Origin: Eledone cirrhosa
Lineage: Eukaryota
Direction of reading: 5' to 3'
DNA length: 64,000 nucleotides
Assembly: GCA_964016885.1 (NCBI GenBank)
Contig: OZ024759.1
Location: 30,938,001 to 31,002,000, forward strand
Both the position numbers and the translations under genes were made by a program. Below are positions 58,341 through 64,000 of this stretch, in pieces (the stretch's first letter is position 1; every line of letters begins with the position of its first letter). The notes beneath the pieces were generated by a model that was given only the letters and a program-made list of their open reading frames with translations, was not told the DNA's origin and ran no database searches.

Positions 58341-59524
58341 GAGCCACTTTATTAGGATCTTTTGTATTGAAGTACGTTTTACTATATAAAGTAACGTCTC
58401 TGCATTTAAAGTTATTAAAATACTGTGACTTGCATGACATCTGTCAACTGCATTTTCCCTGTTCTTATTCATTGCTCTGTTCTAACAGAGAGACCTCGCC
58501 AAAGATTATCTAAAATTATACACTTGAAGATTAGTTTGGCAGCATGTTACTTCTATGTCATCTGAAAGTTTTGCATCATTTATTTATATCATATTCATTG
58601 CAGGTGAAGGCGCGTGTCTGAGTGTTTAAAGAATTGGATTCCTAATCGTGAGGTTGTGAATTCGATTCTCGGACCGGGCGATGCGTTATGTCCTTCAGCA
58701 AGATTCCTTCTGCCTGGATTTGCGACCGATAGATCGTATTAGCAATTGGAAAGACCAATGGAAACATTGTTTCCTCGGTCCGATTTGATGAGCTCCTCCC
58801 CACACATACTCGTTAAGCGAATGATATCTGAGATCTTGTCGATCGACTTTTTTTCTCTAATTGCAATTTTACTGGATAAATGGTGATTTTAAACAACTTA
58901 AATGAATTTGATTTTCATGCTGTACCACTCTTTAAAATTTTGGATAGAATGATTTGCGTAGGGTAGAATGATTTACTGTATTCGTTCCGGCTCTTTGCTT
59001 GCTAAATTCAATACCCACAGAAGTCAACTTTGTCTTTCATCCATTTGAGGTCTATAAAATAAGTACCAGTCAAGTACTGGAGTCGATTCGTCTTCTATTT
59101 CTCTTTTTCACCTCCATTTTATGTGTGATGCTATCCTTCTCTGAAAGAAATCTGCTGTATTCAGACTTGGTGAGAAGATGGACGCCACCAGGTTTCAAGA
59201 ATGCACTAGAAGAGCCGTATGTGGAGCCAATACACACTTTGATTACCTGTAAAGGCAATATGTATTAGAATGTTGTTGAAGTGTGTATACAATTTTTGGG
59301 ACACACTGTATTTCATTGTGTTAGCGTGGTCTTCATTGCTGACGGGGTCTTCATCGCTAACTTTTCAATGAAGGAGACGTTTATTCTTACGCTCTCAACG
59401 AGGAATGACTTGGGGTGGCTAACATGTAGGCACGCGTACGTCTTGAGGCAAATGTCAATGTCAGTGAGAGGAAACATATTCACACACCTCCTACAGGAAC
59501 GAAGGAATATTAATGGGAAACAAA

Positions 59525-59983
59525 GTATTGGTGGAGGGTCGGACGCCATGCTTTGACGCATAGAGTTACGGCCTTTGCCATTCTGAGTTCAAATCCCGCC
59601 GAGGTTAACTTTGCCTTTCATCCTTACGGGGTCGATAAAATAAAGTACCAGTAATACACTGGGTTATTGCTGGCCTTGTGCCTAACGTAGAAACAATTAA
59701 TGGGAAAACAATATACTTTATTTCTGTATTTTGATAACTTGCTGTCATCTATTGTATGTAGCATAAATTGGGCTTAAATATTATTCATGGCGTTTCTCTT
59801 GAGTGTCGTAAAGTGTTCACTGTGATGCAAAATTAATTTCTCGCATCATTTAGCGAATACCGACAGTTCTCCAGTATTTCTAATTGCGTTGACTTTGCCT
59901 TTCATCCTTACGGGGTCGATAAAATAAAGTGCCAGTAATACACTGGGTATTTGCTGGCCTTGTGCCTAAAGTAGAAACAATTA
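59525..59983 (+). mobile_element. Two SINE family 1 copies with TSDs
   Basis: 59525-59698 is flanked by attaatgggaaa; 59890-59983 is flanked by tatttctaattgcgttg. Confidence 0.88.
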
Positions 59984-60045
59984 TTTCTAATTGCGTTGCC
60001 AAAGCGCAGTTAGAAATTCGATTTACTATTATACATACATATGTA

Positions 60046-60094
<49 letters not shown>

Positions 60095-60115
60095 TTCCTT
60101 ACCACAATTCCTTTG

Positions 60116-60194
<79 letters not shown>

Positions 60195-60351
60195 ATGTAT
60201 ACATATATATATATATAGGAACTTTAAACATCTACAGCGGATTATATATGTATATATTTTATTTAATTTAGGTGAAAAACAAAATATAACAATTCAAATA
60301 ATTGTACATTATATTAATTATATATATATATATATATACATATTTATATAC

Positions 60352-60409
<58 letters not shown>

Positions 60410-60677
60410 ATATATATATTCATCTCTATGTGTGTATATATGCATAAATATATATGCATATGTATATATATACATATGTATATATATATGTATATGTATA
60501 TATATACAGAGAGAGAGATAGAAATAGATTTAGATATATATATGTATATATAAATATAAAAATATATAGATATATTTCAAACAACTTTCTAAATTGAATA
60601 ATATATACATATATATATATATATATATATTTATATGTGAATATGTATGTGTAAATATATATATATATATGTCTGTG

Positions 60678-60811
<134 letters not shown>

Positions 60812-61040
60812 GTGAATATGTATACGTGTAAATATATATATATATATATGTGAATATGTGTGTGCAAATATATATATCTGTGTGTGTATATGAGTAATAT
60901 ATACTCTGTTGTCATTATACATCATTCATCAAGTGTTTCTGTTTATTTGTGTCTTAACTGAAAGTCATTAATCTCTTCATTTATCATATTGACTCACAGG
61001 ATTACACTAATAACGACAGCTGCAGATAAATACATGTAGA

Positions 61041-61106
<66 letters not shown>

Positions 61107-61117
61107 CACATATATAT

Positions 61118-61148
<31 letters not shown>

Positions 61149-61167
61149 CAAATACATATATACATAT

Positions 61168-61213
<46 letters not shown>

Positions 61214-61339
61214 ATATATGTATATATGTATATATGTATATATGTATATATGTATTTGTATATATATATATAGATATGTGTGTATATATGTGTGTAAACA
61301 TATATACATAATATATACATATACACATATATATATATG

Positions 61340-61371
<32 letters not shown>

Positions 61372-61535
61372 TAATATGTAAATATATATGTATAATATGT
61401 AAACACATATACATATATATATATATGTAAATATATACATATTTATACATATAATATATAAATATATATATAATATTTAAATACATATATAAGATATGTA
61501 TATATATATATGTAATATATATATCTAATATATAA

Positions 61536-61788
<253 letters not shown>

Positions 61789-61908
61789 CACTTGTTGATT
61801 CCCTCACTACAAACATATAAACATATATTTATAGATATGCCTGTGTTTGTATTTGCTATTTGTGTATATCAGTGTACAGTTCGTGTGTGTACGCGCCCGT
61901 CCGACGTG

Positions 61909-61940
<32 letters not shown>

Positions 61941-62215
61941 TGTATGTGTGTGAATCGGAAATGTGTTTGGGATGTTTCCAACGCTGGATATTGAGATAAT
62001 CCATTATTTATTTAGCCTGTTCGTCCCAAAGCGATCCTCCATACGTCTACCGGAATAGGCAACAGGAAACGGCAAGTCCTCCTTTATGTATCTAGTATGA
62101 ATATATCTTGCCCATTATGGCTATTAATACCTCGTGTCAGATTGGAGCTGGGTATTAATCTAAACAGTTCCATGCCCAGTGTCCATTCTTGTATACATAC
62201 ATATCTATCTATCTT

Positions 62216-62327
<112 letters not shown>

Positions 62328-62335
62328 TGTGTATA

Positions 62336-62405
<70 letters not shown>

Positions 62406-62480
62406 CCAATAATATATACATACATACTCACGAATGTACGCACTCACATATACACAAACGATTATATATATATACATATA

Positions 62481-62555
<75 letters not shown>

Positions 62556-62587
62556 ATATATATAATAATGAATTCCTTTTCTATCAA

Positions 62588-62649
62588 CCAATGACCTACA
62601 CCCATCCCACTCCCCACCCTCTTCTACCACTTGTAGAGACCTATAAATA
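62588..62649 (+). promoter_or_regulatory. Putative Pol II promoter (CCAAT plus TATAAATA) in family P2 pLTR
   Basis: CCAAT 62588-92 and TATAAATA 62642-49; both conserved on the minus strand at 55066-70 and 55011-18. Confidence 0.5.
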
Positions 62650-62671
62650 CCATATTTATTTTTTGATACCC

Positions 62672-62722
62672 AGATTCCTGATGATTTCTAAAGAATGAAA
62701 CAGTTCTAGTCCTGTAGAATCT
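62672..62722 (+). ncRNA. Type I hammerhead motif, family P2 (element about 62570-62804)
   Basis: AGATTC-CTGATGA-tttctaaagaat-GAAA-CAG-ttctagtc-CTG-TA-GAATCT; stem I is perfectly paired and covaries with the 54.9-kb copy. Confidence 0.82.
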
Positions 62723-62960
62723 CATCTATATTAAAACTTTTATACTCTGCAATGTATTGAGTACCTTACTTACTGTGGTTACCTCCGATTCAACCCGGAA
62801 TAACGTACTATATATATATATATATATATAAGGAACAAGGATTCAGTGTTGCATCATAACATATTCAATAACATATGTGTCACTATCGATCAGCCCGAGG
62901 CAAGATCTATTATAGATCGAACCTGAATCTGTAATCTTTCGATCACACAGTTATATATAT

Positions 62961-63000
<40 letters not shown>

Positions 63001-63183
63001 TAATAAAAACAATGAATAAAAACAAAGAAACAGTTCCTTATATTAAAAAATTCATCATTTTACGATCGTTTCTAGGATATATATGTGTGTTGGTATGTAT
63101 ATCATTTAGATCTATGTATAAATTTTACAAACTTACAGAGGGAATATACATACCTACACATATATATGCTGTCTTCAGAAATA

Positions 63184-63249
<66 letters not shown>

Positions 63250-63250
<1 letters not shown>

Positions 63251-63495
63251 TAGAAAAAGATGAAATCGAAAATGCAACTGGAGTCTTTTTTTTTTAATAT
63301 ATTAATTTGATTCATTACCGGTTTCGCAGTTATTGTGCTTTTCAATATTAGAATTGATATGGAGGGTTTGTGGTTTTTAAGAACTGCGAAACCGGTAAAG
63401 GAACCAAATAAATATTTTTTTTTTTAAAGACTCCAGTTGCATTTTTCATTTCATCTTTTTTCCTTATACTTTCACTCGTGTAGGACACCTCCTTT
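63250..63495. mobile_element. Family P5 fold-back element: minus hammerhead core at 63311-63350 plus 5'-truncated plus copy from 63379
   Basis: 63252-63330 is an imperfect reverse complement of 63379-63460. TTGAAAA-GCA..TGC-GAAA-CCGG-TA on the minus strand. Confidence 0.7.
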
Positions 63496-63523
63496 TTTTT
63501 TCATTTTGTAAAAAAAACCTCAC

Positions 63524-63702
<179 letters not shown>

Positions 63703-63741
63703 GATATTAACAAATGGAAACTATATTTATAAAACCATATT

Positions 63742-63806
63742 TATTTCATTATACATATTTCAAGGACACCAAGTTAAATTATGGTGTGCTTTCATCAGAT
63801 AAAATA
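63742..63806 (-). ncRNA. Type I hammerhead motif, family P1 (second copy)
   Basis: TATTTTAT-CTGATGA-aagcacacca..tggtgtcctt-GAAA-TATGTA-TA-ATGAAATA. Confidence 0.8.
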
Positions 63807-64000
63807 TAATATAGATCAGTTATATAAATAAATATTGACATACCCTTAAAAAATGCAACCATTACTGTTGGAAGCTCCCGGATAGTGGAGTTGTTTAATT
63901 ATATTATTATTAGTATTGGATATTTTTATTTTAAAATAAGCCGTTGGGTTACAGAGAAAGAAAAAGATAAAGAAGGAGCTATCTATCCCTTATACTCTGG

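Overview
AT-rich, repeat-saturated eukaryotic DNA. The SINE and LINE families and the huge (TA)n load suggest an Octopus-like cephalopod (inference, not searched). I found no intact protein-coding gene; almost all ORFs in the track are translations of (TA)n, (CA)n, (GA)n, (GAT)n or minisatellites. Recognisable content: about 25 tRNA-derived SINE copies in two families, 3' fragments of RTE, BovB-like, Tx1/L1 and R4/Dong LINEs, hAT and mariner MITEs, several minisatellites, two decayed LRR-protein relics and one candidate exon. The most interesting signal is a set of at least six distinct short elements embedded in (TA)n arrays, each carrying a type I hammerhead ribozyme fold (CUGANGA-stem II-GAAA-palindromic stem III-NUH). 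Copies show compensatory base changes, one family uses a U3-A8 core variant, one has a CCAAT+TATA promoter fixed 30 nt upstream of the ribozyme, and many copies are fold-back inverted repeats that break inside the ribozyme. A decayed Penelope-type GIY-YIG fragment nearby supports a Penelope-like pseudo-LTR or retrozyme origin. All folds and alignments were done by eye.
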